Below the pieces are notes generated by a model. The model saw only the letters and a list, made by a program, of their open reading frames with translations. It made no database searches and was not told where the DNA came from. The position numbers and the translations under genes are program-made. From Podarcis vaucheri (Eukaryota), in the NCBI GenBank assembly GCA_965113315.1, contig OZ220372.1: a stretch of 64,000 bases of DNA; one strand, 5' to 3'. Shown here piece by piece: positions 51,588 through 63,269 of the stretch (its first letter is position 1; every line of letters begins with the position of its first letter).

Positions 51588-54500
51588 AAATATTAAGTTC
51601 TTTCATTCTTGCTACACTTTCAGAATGCGGGAGGGGAGATCCTAGAAGGCAACAAAATTAGTGCTGCATACTAGCAATGCAGAATTCTTATATATTTGGT
51701 GACAAAGTAATACAATATATTGGAAATATCTTCCAGGAGTTATCAAGGAATGTATAAGATGTTTTGGAGTTCACTATAGAGGTTATTTTGCTGAAGAATT
51801 GAAGAAATTTTATTTTTTTTAAAGAGCAACGCTTGACAATTTATTAGCAGAATCCAAAATTCTTGCAAACATTTGTAAATGTAACCAAAAAATGTTAGTG
51901 AAAGAATGGCCAAGACAAACAACTAAAACACATTAGTAATAGAGGAATAAATACAGAAATACAGTCACAGCTGATTTGCCTGATGCCAGGGATACCAAAA
52001 CACGAACAATGCTTGTGAAAGCAGAAACTATTGATGTTATAAAGCTGGTGGTTGTTTAAATTTTGTAGCCATTTTATGTAATTTTCCAGTTAGTTTTTTA
52101 GAAGATGAGTTAAGGATAGTAAGTTTTTTTAAAAAAAGAAATATGAAATATTTCCTTAAAAATAGATATTAAAAAGGTATTAAAATATAGACATGAGAGG
52201 CAAGCAACTAATTCACTATAGATTAACATTTTAATAGCCCTCAGTCTTTAGGTGTTTCCTAGAGTGAGCTAGGCCCATGCAAACAATAAAAGTTGTTCAA
52301 CATGACACGTGGAATTTGTAAAAACTCAAGCTACGTAGCATGGTGAAAAAGGGAAGGTTATGTCAACTGAAGGAAGTGTTAAGGCCACTCCTTACACCTA
52401 TTCTTATCCCATCTGTCATGAATGTCTACTTCTCTATTGTTTAGTAGAAGCTAAGAAGAGCTCCTCCCCATTCAGAAATCAAATATTAACTTGAAGAATT
52501 AATGCCAATTCTAGGTAAAGCATACACACCTGCAACAGGGCAGTAACAGACAAGAGAGGCAAGGGTAGGATCAGGAGAATATCTGTTGTGGTTTGATTTG
52601 TTAAATGAATATTTTTTCCTGAGGGTTTATTAAAGCAATATGCTACTTACAGCGCATAAGGGATTTTGTATGAAGTTTTAAAGGGACACAACCAATGTGG
52701 ATTGCTGAACATGTTTTCATATTTAACTCTACAGAATCCCACGTGTAACATGTCCCCAAGTGAGAAATGCTTAAAGTCAAACATCCCTAACTCCTGCAGA
52801 GAGACTTTTGGCACCTTCAATGACTCACGGTTCAGTCCCAAACATTACATTACTTTTTGCCTTGTTACCTGGACAATAATATATTGCCTCACACATCACT
52901 ACAATAGACAGTTGCAAAGCAAAACATGGGATAATTAAACAGAAAGCTGTAATTCTGTAATCAAAATAAACTACAGCAATTGCTGAAAATCAACTACCCT
53001 TGGTATTTTGGAAATACCAAAAATACACCACTTCAGAAGAACTTTCTCACATAAACTCAGATGTTTGTGTCTCTCGGAGTCCAATGCATTTTCACTTCTC
53101 TAGTTTTCTTACTTAAGGACCTTTATAAAAGCCTTTGTTTATTCTAATTCTAGGAACCCCTGAAATTGACCCTTATCCAAGGCACAGAGTTGAGCCCAAT
53201 GCTGTGCATTTCCAAGTGGAACAAACTTCACTTGTGCCAAGAGACACCTCCCCTTCCTCCCATTGCCCCTGCAGTCCAATATGAGTTCCAAATCTGCTTA
53301 AGAGCATCCCCTAACCCTCCAGAGCAGTTTAGTGTAGGGGGCGCAGTGGAGAAAAGAAGACGGGCAAGTTGCCTTGTGAGGGTGCACAACACTAGATTCT
53401 ATCGTAAGCAGCTCTTAAGGCAAGGAATACATCAATACAGAACACTTCCATGCATGGTTACTCAAAAATAAATCCTATTGGGTTCTATGAGCTTAGTCCC
53501 AAACCTAACCAAGTCTACTCAGAAGTAAGTACAATTGAATTTAGTAGGGCATACTCCCATTTAAGTGGGATTAGGACTGCAGCCTAACTGCATGTAGCAT
53601 AGCAAGTCTACATTTACTTGGAAGTAAGTCACACAGAATAAAGAACAGCTGTTATGATACAGTTAATTTAACAGCAAGTCCAGCTGAACTCACTAGGACT
53701 TATTACTGGATAAACAGGCATAGGGTCGGTCTGTTAGAACTGAAAGATCACATGATTTGGTCACTTGCAAGCAATCAGCTACTTCAAAGGAGAAAACAGA
53801 TCACATTACAGGACTGAGAACTAGAAAAGTTGAAAGAAAGGGAAACAAAAAATGAACAGGAAACATGCAAGGAAACAAACAAATCTAATCATGAATGCTT
53901 TGGGGGGAAAATGAGTCAGAAAACTGCAGTGTGGTCCTGTGAGTCATCAAAGCACAACAATTAATCTTTCAATGAAATATTTAAAAATACTGGTATCACT
54001 CCAGATGTAGCATGCCCTTTTTTATAAAATGAAACTGCCATCTACAACAGCACCTGGCATTAGTTTAGGTAATCAGTGTAACTTAAGATAATGAAACTCA
54101 GATGAAGCAATAGCTTCTGAGATTCAATATCCTTGATCTGGATTATTTTTCTTCCAGTAGACTGATTAGAATTCATAATGTGGGTACAATTCTGGCAAGT
54201 TCTAAACCTCAAGCTACATACTTGTAATAGGATTAGCGATATCCCAGAGTGTCATTATAGTGAATGGAGGGCACAAAAAGGGAGGAAAGCCTAGGCAAGC
54301 AAAGTGGTTATGTACAAACAGGAATTTGGTTGGGAGAGGGGCAGACAAAACCAAACCTGCCTCACAGCACCAGTACACACTGACCCGCATATGCATTTGC
54401 GACAGTCCTGTGCACAGTACAGTGCTAAAGGAATAGAAGATTTTGCTTTATGGACTGTTGGATTCATTGAAACCTTGTTTCTCCATACACCCTTCTAGAA

Positions 54501-55915
54501 AAATTGGATAGGATATAAATATGTTAGAAGAGGAAAGTATTAATAGATGGACACAAAAGCTTCAGAAACAGGGGAGAGATAATTAGAGGAAAGAGAAAAG
54601 CATTGCACAGGATGTTCTATGTCAAGTGACACCTGACAGTGCCATCAAGTGGGACATGTGTGAATGCAATAGAATTATTCTAGGTTACACGTGCCCTTCT
54701 TACAACAGCAGATATTTCCCTTATGAAATGCTAAAAATCCATTTCTGTTTAAAGGTATCCCATACAAAATATCACTCTAGTCTCCTCTACATAATATTCT
54801 TAATAATACAAACTAGTTAGCACACACTTATTTAAAGGAGCAAGGCAAAAGAGAAGCATGTATAATACACTGATAACATAAGAAGTCAATAGTAGGAAAA
54901 TTGGGTTACCTATTTATAGCTGGTCATACATTCAACTGTCTTTCCACCCCACCCCTTACCTATGGATTGCTCTGTTGATCTGTGGAGGGGGAATCCAAAA
55001 TCCATTGTAGTTTAATAACATTATTCAGACTTTAATTAGATTAGAAAGTACTAGCTGAAAAACACATTCTAATCTAATTAAACATACATAACCCTTCCTG
55101 ACCCTCCATCTTACAAACTGCAGATTTGGGGGCTTTTAAAATAATATGTCTCTCCCCCCCCTACACACACCGTTTTCCTTGTCCACTTTGGGTAAAAGCT
55201 AGCCTGAAGAACACTTTTTTCTCGAGAATGCAAAAGCTTGCTGGCTACTTTGTGAATTTTAGTTGGCCATCGCAAGGGCATGACAAGACATGTGAGCCTC
55301 ATCAATAAAGGATAAACTAGTCCAGACCTTGGTGACCACCTTCTTAGCCTGTTGAGTTTTGGGAGAGGAAGAAGCAGATACAACGCTGACACCCTCTCTG
55401 CCGGTTTCCATTTAGACCAGATGGTCTGCTATCAGGCATAACAGCTTTGCTTCACCGAAACAGTGCCTCTCCTACTACTGTGGCAGCGTTTGCCTCACGG
55501 CCAGCCCGAGAACAAGACCTTAATTTCGCAGGGGGGGGGGAGGAAAGGCGAAAGGTGCGGGGATTCCTAACCGTCTCCCCAAACCAGATCTACGTCATGT
55601 GACCCCCACCCACCTGATTTATGGCCACCTCTCTTCCACCTGCCTTCACCTGGGCGTGGGGGGGAATTTTATAAGGCTCCGGCCCTCAGTCGGCCACCCA
55701 CATCGGGGGGGGGGTGACCCTCAGCCACTCCGTCCATCCACACACGCAAACAGGACGCCTGTTCTTGGGGGTCCCCGCCTGCTGCTTCTTCCTCCTCCTC
55801 CTCCTCTCTCCACACAAACCCCCTTGCCTGCTCCCCTCTTGTCTCCACCCACCAGCAACCCGTCCCTCTTGCCTGCCCGCCCGCCCGCCCATCCATACGG
55901 ACTCCAGGCTCTCAC

Positions 55916-56065
55916 CTTCGTCCACGGCTTCAGCCTTCCTCCACTTCTTCCCCGCATCTAGTTCCCGTCAGCGCCTACCGAACCCACGACGCATGCGCAG
56001 CAACCAAAGCCCCACCACGACCGTGACGCCAACGCCGCAGAGCATCACGGGAACCGTAGTCGCTA
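55916..56065 (-). promoter_or_regulatory. SGSM3: Putative SGSM3 CpG promoter and first exon
   Basis: CpG-rich. Donor GAAG|gtgaga at 55916/55915. NRF1 motif CGCATGCGCA at 55990-55999. ZNF143/THAP11-type ACTAYRnnnCCCR motif (GACTACGGTTCCCG on -) at 56048-56061. Confidence 0.7.
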
Positions 56066-56910
56066 GAATCTTCGACTCTATAAGCATCGGTATTCAAAGG
56101 GGACGAAGGCTGCTGCTGCCGCCTGCAATCCTGACCCTGGCCCCGCTTGCCTGGGAGCAACTCCTTGGATTTAGCAGGATTAGTTGAGAGAAGAGGCGGT
56201 TAGGATTGCAGCCGAGTTTATTGTTTTAAAAACGGGACTAATTGTCAGCGGGGTAAAAGTGACGACTGCCCTTAAAGAACTATGGAAAAATCCAGGATTT
56301 CAGTGTTTAAACTGTGACTGTGCAGCTCACTCTGTCCGGTGCCCTCCACCCAAAGGGAGAAAATATATAATCAAGAATGGCGTTCATTTTGTTTTCCAAT
56401 TCTGTTCTTATTTTGTCCGAAATTAATATGATAAAATACAGCAGCTATTGCTTCTCCCTGGATTTCCTAAATTATAAGCCTGCTCCATTGCACCCCAAAG
56501 CAGGGCTTTTGAGTGCGGCTGCCCATCTTGTTGAAACAGCATCCCTAAGTAGAAGCATGCCTGCTACTTTTCGTTTTCTGAAACAACGGAAGACATCCTT
56601 GTTTGGACAAGCTTTCCCAGCTGGGTTAATTTTTCTTTAGGTTGATATTTGTATTGTTATTAAACCTATTTTAGTTGTTTTACTTTATGGTTGTAAAATG
56701 CACATGTATGAAAGGCGTTTCAAAAATAAATAGCAACAACAGTGTTAAACTTTTTATTATGATTAAAAAAAGACTGGGCTGAAAATGCAAATCCCTATAT
56801 TGCAAGTGGGTTGCTGAGAGAGGGTGGCTCTCCACATCCCTTGCAATGTGATCTACTATTGTTTATCCTCATGCTGCAAATTGGGGCAGCTCAGCAACTG
56901 AGGCATAGCA

Positions 56911-58325
56911 CAGTGTTTCCCAACCACTGTTCCGCGGCACACTAGTGTGCCGCGAGCTGTTGCCTGGTGTGCCGCGGGAAAAATTAAAAAAAATGAAAGA
57001 TTTTTTTTTTTTAAGTCAAATTTTCGATTGGGGCGCTGTCACTAGATGACCCCTGGGGTTCCCTCCGTCCCTCCCGCTCTGCGCCTCCCTCCTCCTCCTC
57101 CGGGGAGGCCCTTCCTGGCTCTCGGCCAAGGCTTGGCGGCTGCCACTCACTCACTTGCTCGCCCACCCGTCCCTCCATCCCTGCACCCGGCCTCTCCCCC
57201 TCCGTCCCCGGCGCGGGGGCTGCCGGGATCCGTAGTCCCCTCGCCCTTGGGCTCCGCGCCCGCGCAGGGTGCGCGAACTACGTTTCCCAGCATGGCCTGG
57301 TGGGCCGGGCGTTTTGTTTGAAGCGCTCTTCTCCCGGCCATGGAATGAGCGCAGCGGCGGCGGCCGGGCGGGCAGGGGCTCTTCCGCGCAGACCCCGCGC
57401 AGCCTGCCTGCGCCCCCGCGGAGATCGGGCGGCAGGATGGAGCCCGGGGATCCCCGCGGAGGCGGAGGCTGCCCCCCAGGTAGGGCTGTGTCGGGGGTTT
57501 TTATTTTTGCAATGCTGCATCCGCGCCGGAGGGGACGCATCGGACCGCGGGGAGACCCCTTGGCAGGCGTGCAAGGAAATGCATGCGTGCAGGCATTGCA
57601 TGGAGTGCAGTGCAATGCAATGGCAACGCGGCGCCCTGCATGCATGCATGCAACTTCCACCGGCGCTCCGGACTTGGCAGGTGAGGGGGGTCCCCAGTGG
57701 GTGGCAGAGAGAGCCGGGAGGGCGAAGGGGAGCCGGGGGGGGGGAGCAGCGCTGCTCCTCGAGCTGAGCCAGGGGGAAAACTTCGGCGTCGTTGCGCTGG
57801 GTGTTGGAAGCGGAGGCTGGCGGGGGCCCCTCACCTGCAAAATCTGGTCGCCTCTCATATATTTCGTGCATTGCATTCATCGCCCACTTTCTCCTCCAAG
57901 GAGCTTCCGGGGGCGCGTGTGGTTCTCCCTGTGTTATCCTCGCAACAACAGCCCTGCGAGGTGGGTCAGGCGAGTGGCCCAAGGGAGCACCCAGGGATTG
58001 TCCTGGCCAGGTGGGGTGATTTGAACCCTGCTCTCTGCCCGGTCTTCGTCCTCATTTAGCCCCCACATGTGCATGACTGTGCATGACTGAGGTTTCCCCC
58101 CCTCGTCTTGGCTATGGTGTGAGTCTGTGCTGTTAATTAATGGGGTTCTGCCTTCGGAGAAGATGAGCCAGCCCTCAAGGAGGTGATTATGTAATTTGCT
58201 AGCAATTCATGTCCCTCCCAGCGTGACGCTGCGCGCTGACGTCACGGGGCTGTAATGGTGGTGTGCCTCGAGATTTTTTTCATGAAACAAGTGTGCCTTT
58301 GCCCAAAAAAGGTTGGGAAACACTG
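56911..58325. mobile_element. Non-autonomous hAT (Charlie/Buster-like) DNA transposon, 1415 bp, with CpG-island-like cargo
   Basis: Perfect 15-bp TIRs CAGTGTTTCCCAACC / GGTTGGGAAACACTG. 8-bp TSD GCATAGCA (56903-56910, 58326-58333) with central TA. Subterminal GTGTGCC repeats at both ends. No transposase ORF. Confidence 0.93.
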
Positions 58326-59716
58326 GCATAGCACACCCTGTTATACAGCATGCTCTTAAAACAGCAAGTTGGAGGTGGAGCTGAGGCTGACCTGCTGATT
58401 TACAACAGCCCTGCAATGTAGCCACACCCTGTATAGTCCAAGATTGCATACTAGTGTTTCCCACAACTTTAGTTCTCGTGTCATGTGATGGGATCTGAAG
58501 ATGAGGGGATCTGTTTACAATGCAGGAATCTAGTCTGCCTGCCAATTGCTGGGGCTTATGAGCAGGAAAGAGGACTACTGTGCGCATGTCCTGCTTGTGG
58601 GCTTCCCAGGGGCAACTACTCAGCCAGTGAGGGAAGCATGATGCTGTTCCAAAGAAGTCTTTGGTCTGAACCAGCAGGGCTCTCTTTATGTTCTTAAATC
58701 TGGTTAAACTGAGCCCTCGGCCCCACCTCGTTCCAAGCCCAGTGCCGGAGCTCAAATGAATACAGACACCTTGTGACTGTCCGGAAAATGTGACATACTT
58801 TTATTCCTCCAAAAGCGTAAAATGAAGGAGAAAGAGGGAAATAAACAAGACCAGCTGTGCAGTGCGACTAGTTTCTTTCTCTAAGCTTCCTATAAGTCTC
58901 TTGTGTTACTATCATACTTTGCTGACAAAGAATGTTACGGACTATTTACTTTTCTGCACCTCCATTCTTCTATGTTCCTTTCCCTACAGCAGTTCCCAGC
59001 GCCCCTTGCAGGCCCTTATAAAACGAACAGTAAAATACATAATTGTGTGACTTTTAACTGATCAATTGATTAAATCTGTGTAAAATCCTATATGAATAAC
59101 AGTTCTCATGGGGAAATGAATTATTTCTTGCCTTGAGAGATGGGAACCATATAGCACATCCCAGCAGGAATTCCCTTCTATCTGAGAGAGAAGAGGCATT
59201 CATTCCTCTTCTACTAAACAATGCAACCCTAGGAGTAAAATGCCCCCTTGCTTTCTGATTCCAACCCTGTGCTTAAAACAATTTCTAACATTCCTGCCTC
59301 AGGAACAATGTAACAACCATGAATGAAATGAGTGATTTATAACAAGAGTCCAATATTTGTTTGTGTGCATGAACTCTTTGAAGTTGCACCAACCTCTATA
59401 ATTTCAGAGCAGCTCGGTCTAACCATAAAATAGCTTCATCTCTTTGTATGTCAGCCACTCCCGTTTTATAGCCAGGAAACTGAAGACACTGTACACCAAG
59501 AAACACTACACTTTATCCTACAGATCTCCCACTTCAACCAACAATTGCTTTTGCAAATTCTAACTCCACGCCCCATGACAATTGCAATACAAGTTTTAGC
59601 TTTAATTCAACTGCATATCCTTCTCCCAGAAAAGTTACGTGTCCTTAAGATTTCCTAGACTTGCCACAAAAACCTCTAAGACTCAGTTCACATATCACAT
59701 CTGTTTTGAAATATAT

Positions 59717-59722
59717 TTTATT
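59717..59722 (-). terminator. ADSL polyadenylation signal AATAAA
   Basis: tttatt on + strand, 45 nt past the ADSL stop. Confidence 0.7.
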
Positions 59723-59767
59723 ATCTTCCCCACAAATACCCTAATGAAATACTAATTGAATACTAAT

Positions 59768-59854
59768 TCAAAGAGACAGCTCCATTGTCACATCCATCTT
59801 GCTCTTATAAGGGGTAAGCACGGGGTGGACCTCTTCTTTTAGGAATCTTGCTAC
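59768..59854 (-). CDS. ADSL: ADSL last coding exon
   Basis: taacag|GTAGCA...CTTTGA. Confidence 0.94.
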   Translation of the reverse strand, partial: VARFLKEEVHPVLTPYKSKMDVTMELSL

Positions 59855-62800
59855 CTGTTATGGAAGAAGGGAGGAAAAAGGCATTAAAAGAATAACTACT
59901 CGTTTAGCCTTAGCATATTAACCAATTACTCTATTCTGCACACTTCCCTGTAACTCAGAACACGCAGGAACTGGATAAGGCAAAGACTAGATTTGTCCCC
60001 ACCCAAAGCACACCATTAACAACGAAAAGGAAATGTTAGAAGTACAGAAAGTGAATTCTTCCAGATATGGGAGATATGCCAAGAATCTTTCTCAAACCGC
60101 TCCTGTTAAAGCCTAGCTTTGCTTAACTGGTAAATGAAGAACTGGCTGATACAGGCTAGTGGACTACAATCTGCACTGAACCAGTAAGACAGGGTGGGCA
60201 GTGGCATAGCGTGGGGGGTGCAGGGGGGGCGGCCGCACCGGGCGCAACATCTGGGGGTTAGGGTTAGGGGGCACAAATCCACGGGTTCGGGGGCGCAAAT
60301 TACTTGCCTTGCCCCAGGTGCTGACAACCCACGCTACGCCACTGAGGGTGGGACAGGCAATTAAATAAAAAGGCAGGAATATGTAGTTAGAGGAAGGTTG
60401 GGTAGCAATGGATGAAGGGAATGTCTAAATAGAATAAGGAGGGGGAAAGTGGTTCATTCACAGGGGAGCTTATGGCAGAAGAAACAAAAACAAGGGGTAA
60501 TAGATGAATTTTTTTCAAATGGAGTGAGAAAGGTTGCAAAGAAAGACAAAGAAAGAAACAGTCACAGGTAGAGAACATAAAGCTTTAGGTGGACTAGAGT
60601 CCACGGCAACCTCATAAGAACTTTCTTGTTCTTACCTGCTGGGAAGCACGTCCAGTAAAGGACTTGGGCTCCAAAAGAGATTCCAGTTCTCCATGAATAG
60701 GGCTGAAATAAGGATCTGCACGAATACGTTCAATGAGGTCATTATCACCCCCTTCTTGCTTCACAACAGCAGCTGCCTGCTGGGACAGAACCCTTATCTT
60801 CTCATGACAATCCTATGAAAAAGAAGTCAACATCACATTACAAACCATCAGCAAACACGGTAAACATCCTAAGTATCATATACAGGATTTACAAAAAGCT
60901 AATGTAGTTGTGGCTCATGATAAAAAAATCCAAAATCCATTGTAGAGCTGTATCTATTAGGCCAACCAAAATGCCAGAATATAGTCAGGGAGGAAGAGGG
61001 AAAAGAGCGTAGTGGGGGAAGTGGCTTAGTATTTAAGCCATAGTAAATCTGAATTGGTCTTGGTCCTAAGATGGAGTGCAGGAACTCATCAAAAAGAGGC
61101 TGAGCTAGGCTACCTGGAAATGAACAACATTTGAACTGTGTGTGACAGAATTGTTGCAATGCCTGAATTCTCTCTTCAGTGGGTCTTTTTATCATTCAGT
61201 CCATTCATAATACCGTATTTTTCGCTCTATAACACGCAGATTTTTTCTCCAAAAAAGGAAGGGGAAATGTCTGTGCGTGTTATGCAGCGAATGTGTGGTC
61301 GCTGGAGCCGAAAAATAAGGCAAAAATCAAACCGCGCTTCAGGGAGAAGGGAGCTCCGTGAGACAGGAAGCTGTTGCTTTCCTGCATTCTGCCTCAGGGT
61401 CTTACTGCGCTCCCTGCTCTGTTTCGTTACTGTGTTTGCTCAAACGGAACAAAGAGCAGGGGAAGCCCCTCCCCTCCAGGCAAGTAGAGGGGAAAGCAGA
61501 GCGTCCGTCCTTCTATCCTCTCCCTGCTCCGGAGGAACAATGTTTGTGAAGGGAAGAGAGATTACAGGTTCGGCTTAAAATTCTGATTTGACTTCCTGCT
61601 TTTTGTTTTTGGAGACACACAGCATTCAAATATGCTTTCTTCCATTTAAAAGGATGAAATCCTTAAACAGTGGCTGGCTTGTGTGGGTGGGTGGGGGGAA
61701 ACTTTTGCCTTCCTTTCCTCACGTTATAGCCCTCTCCTGCATTCTTAGCCTTCTGTGTTTTTCCTTCCCTCCCCACTTAAAATGTGGTTACAAAGCATGG
61801 ATCCACATGGATCCTCAGGATCTTTGCATTGGGTCACCCCAAATTCACCATCAGAGCACACAGCATGTCCATGGCTACAGCCTGCCCCCCCCCCAAAAAA
61901 ATCACGCACCCACTGTTGCCTGGGGCTGCAATGGTGCAAAAACGTGGTTACAAAGCATGGATCCACATGGATCCTCAGGATCTTTGCATTGGGTCAGCCA
62001 AAATTCACCATCAGAGCACATAGCATGTCCATGACTACAGCCTGTCCCCCCCCCAAAAAAAAATCACGCACCCACTGTTGCCTGGGGCTGCAATGGTGCA
62101 AAAACGTGGTTAAAAAGTATGGGTCCACATGGATCCTCAGGATCTTTGCATTGGGTCAGCCAAAATTCACCATCAGAGCACATAGCATGTCCATGGCTAC
62201 AGCCTGCCCCCCCAAAAAAATCACGCACCCACTGTTGCCTGGGGCTGCAATGGTGCAAAAACGTGGTTACAAAGCATGGATCCACAGGGATTCTCAGGAT
62301 TTTTGCATTGGGTCACCCCAAATTCACCATCAGATCACATGTCTGTGGCCACAGCATGAAGCACAAAAATGATACCTCCACTGTTTCATTCAGAATATTT
62401 TTTCCCTTGTTTTCCTCCTCTAAAAACGATGTGCGTGTTATGGTCAGGTGCGTGTTATAGAGCGAAAAATACGGTAGTTCTTTTTAATTACACACAAACT
62501 GCAATAAGAAATAGCAAAATTCCATCCTCTTCTGAAACTTTCAGTATTTTGTGTAGCCAATCACTGCAGAATATTGTCTCAATAACCTCTCAGTTCTAAA
62601 TGCATCAAGGGAGCATAACAAGTACAGAAATAAGATAAAAGTAGCAGCAAACAATGCAACAAAAAAAAATTATTTCAGACTTCTCTTAAAAAAAAATGTG
62701 TAGGGTGACAATTTGTCTAATTGCTAACATTCATACGATACGAAGAAAACAAATCTAGAGGCAGCAGGGATCTTGGGTAAAGAAGTGAACGAGTTAGTGC

Positions 62801-63269
62801 TGAACCACAGTTTAAACAACCTTAGTCAGTGCTGAATTTTATAAGCTATTTCCAAAAGCATCCTCATTCAGTATTATAATAATTAATTTGAAAAAGATAG
62901 GCACATTGCAATGTTCCATCTCTGCTTTCTAAATACTAATATAGTGACACTAAAACTGGTGATAAAACAAAACTAATGCCTTCCCTGGTAGCTGAACTTG
63001 TAAAATTTAGAAATATGCAACATGATGAAAGAAAGAGGATGTGCATAACAACAGGGCTAGATTGTGAAACAGCAAAGAGTTCAAGATACTGGTGTCACAA
63101 CTTTCTTCTAACCCCTCTACTTCCTGGCATGAAAAGTCCCCTTAAGGGCCTGTAAATGAGAGCCTAGTTAGGTACATACCTGGCGATTGCCCCCAGCTTT
63201 CACCATAGCCATGATAATATTTTCTGTACACATGAAAGGCAACTCTTGCTGAATACGTCTCGCAATAAC
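59768..63269 (-). CDS. ADSL: Adenylosuccinate lyase, last three coding exons (5'-partial)
   Basis: complement join(63180-63269,60636-60812,59768-59854); [30 protein letters not shown] / [30 protein letters not shown]...FTGRASQQ / [16 protein letters not shown]...ELSL*. Lies upstream of SGSM3 in the same orientation, as in human. Confidence 0.96.
60199..60344. mobile_element. hAT-type MITE, 146 bp, in ADSL last intron
   Basis: TIRs CAGTGGC(A/G)TAGCGTGGG; 8-bp TSD AGGGTGGG (60191-60198, 60345-60352). Confidence 0.9.
60636..60812 (-). CDS. ADSL: ADSL penultimate exon (59 aa)
   Basis: tcatag|GATTGT...AGCAG|gtaaga; 177 nt, phase 0-0. Confidence 0.96.
61213..62474. mobile_element. Tc1/mariner superfamily (Tc2/Kanga-like) non-autonomous element, 1262 bp, in ADSL intron
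   Basis: Perfect 26-bp TIR CCGTATTTTTCGCTCTATAACACGCA; TA TSD on both sides. Confidence 0.9.
61784..62353. repeat. Tandem array, about 160-bp unit x about 3.5, inside the Tc2-like element
   Basis: Units start at 61784, 61944, 62106, 62263 (GTGGTTACAAAGCATGGATCCACATGGATCC...). Confidence 0.92.
63180..63269 (-). CDS. ADSL: ADSL third-last exon
   Basis: attcag|GTTATT...GCCAG|gtatgt; 90 nt, phase 0-0. Confidence 0.95.

Noticed and set aside
57046-58059. Overlapping long ORFs (up to 251 aa) on both strands
   Set aside because: Stop-poor GC-rich sequence inside the hAT element; low-complexity G/P/R/A translations with no transposase or other domain.
57050-58250. CpG island as the native SGSM3 promoter
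   Set aside because: It lies wholly within the TIRs and TSD; a separate promoter with NRF1/ZNF143 motifs and a donor exists at 55.9-56.1 kb.
60255-60270. TTAGGG repeats as an interstitial telomere
   Set aside because: Only about two units, inside a 146-bp MITE.
61588-62460. Repetitive ORFs (up to 205 aa) and a CRISPR-like look of the array
   Set aside because: Head-to-tail 160-bp units without unique spacers, inside a eukaryotic MITE; the ORFs shift frame between units.
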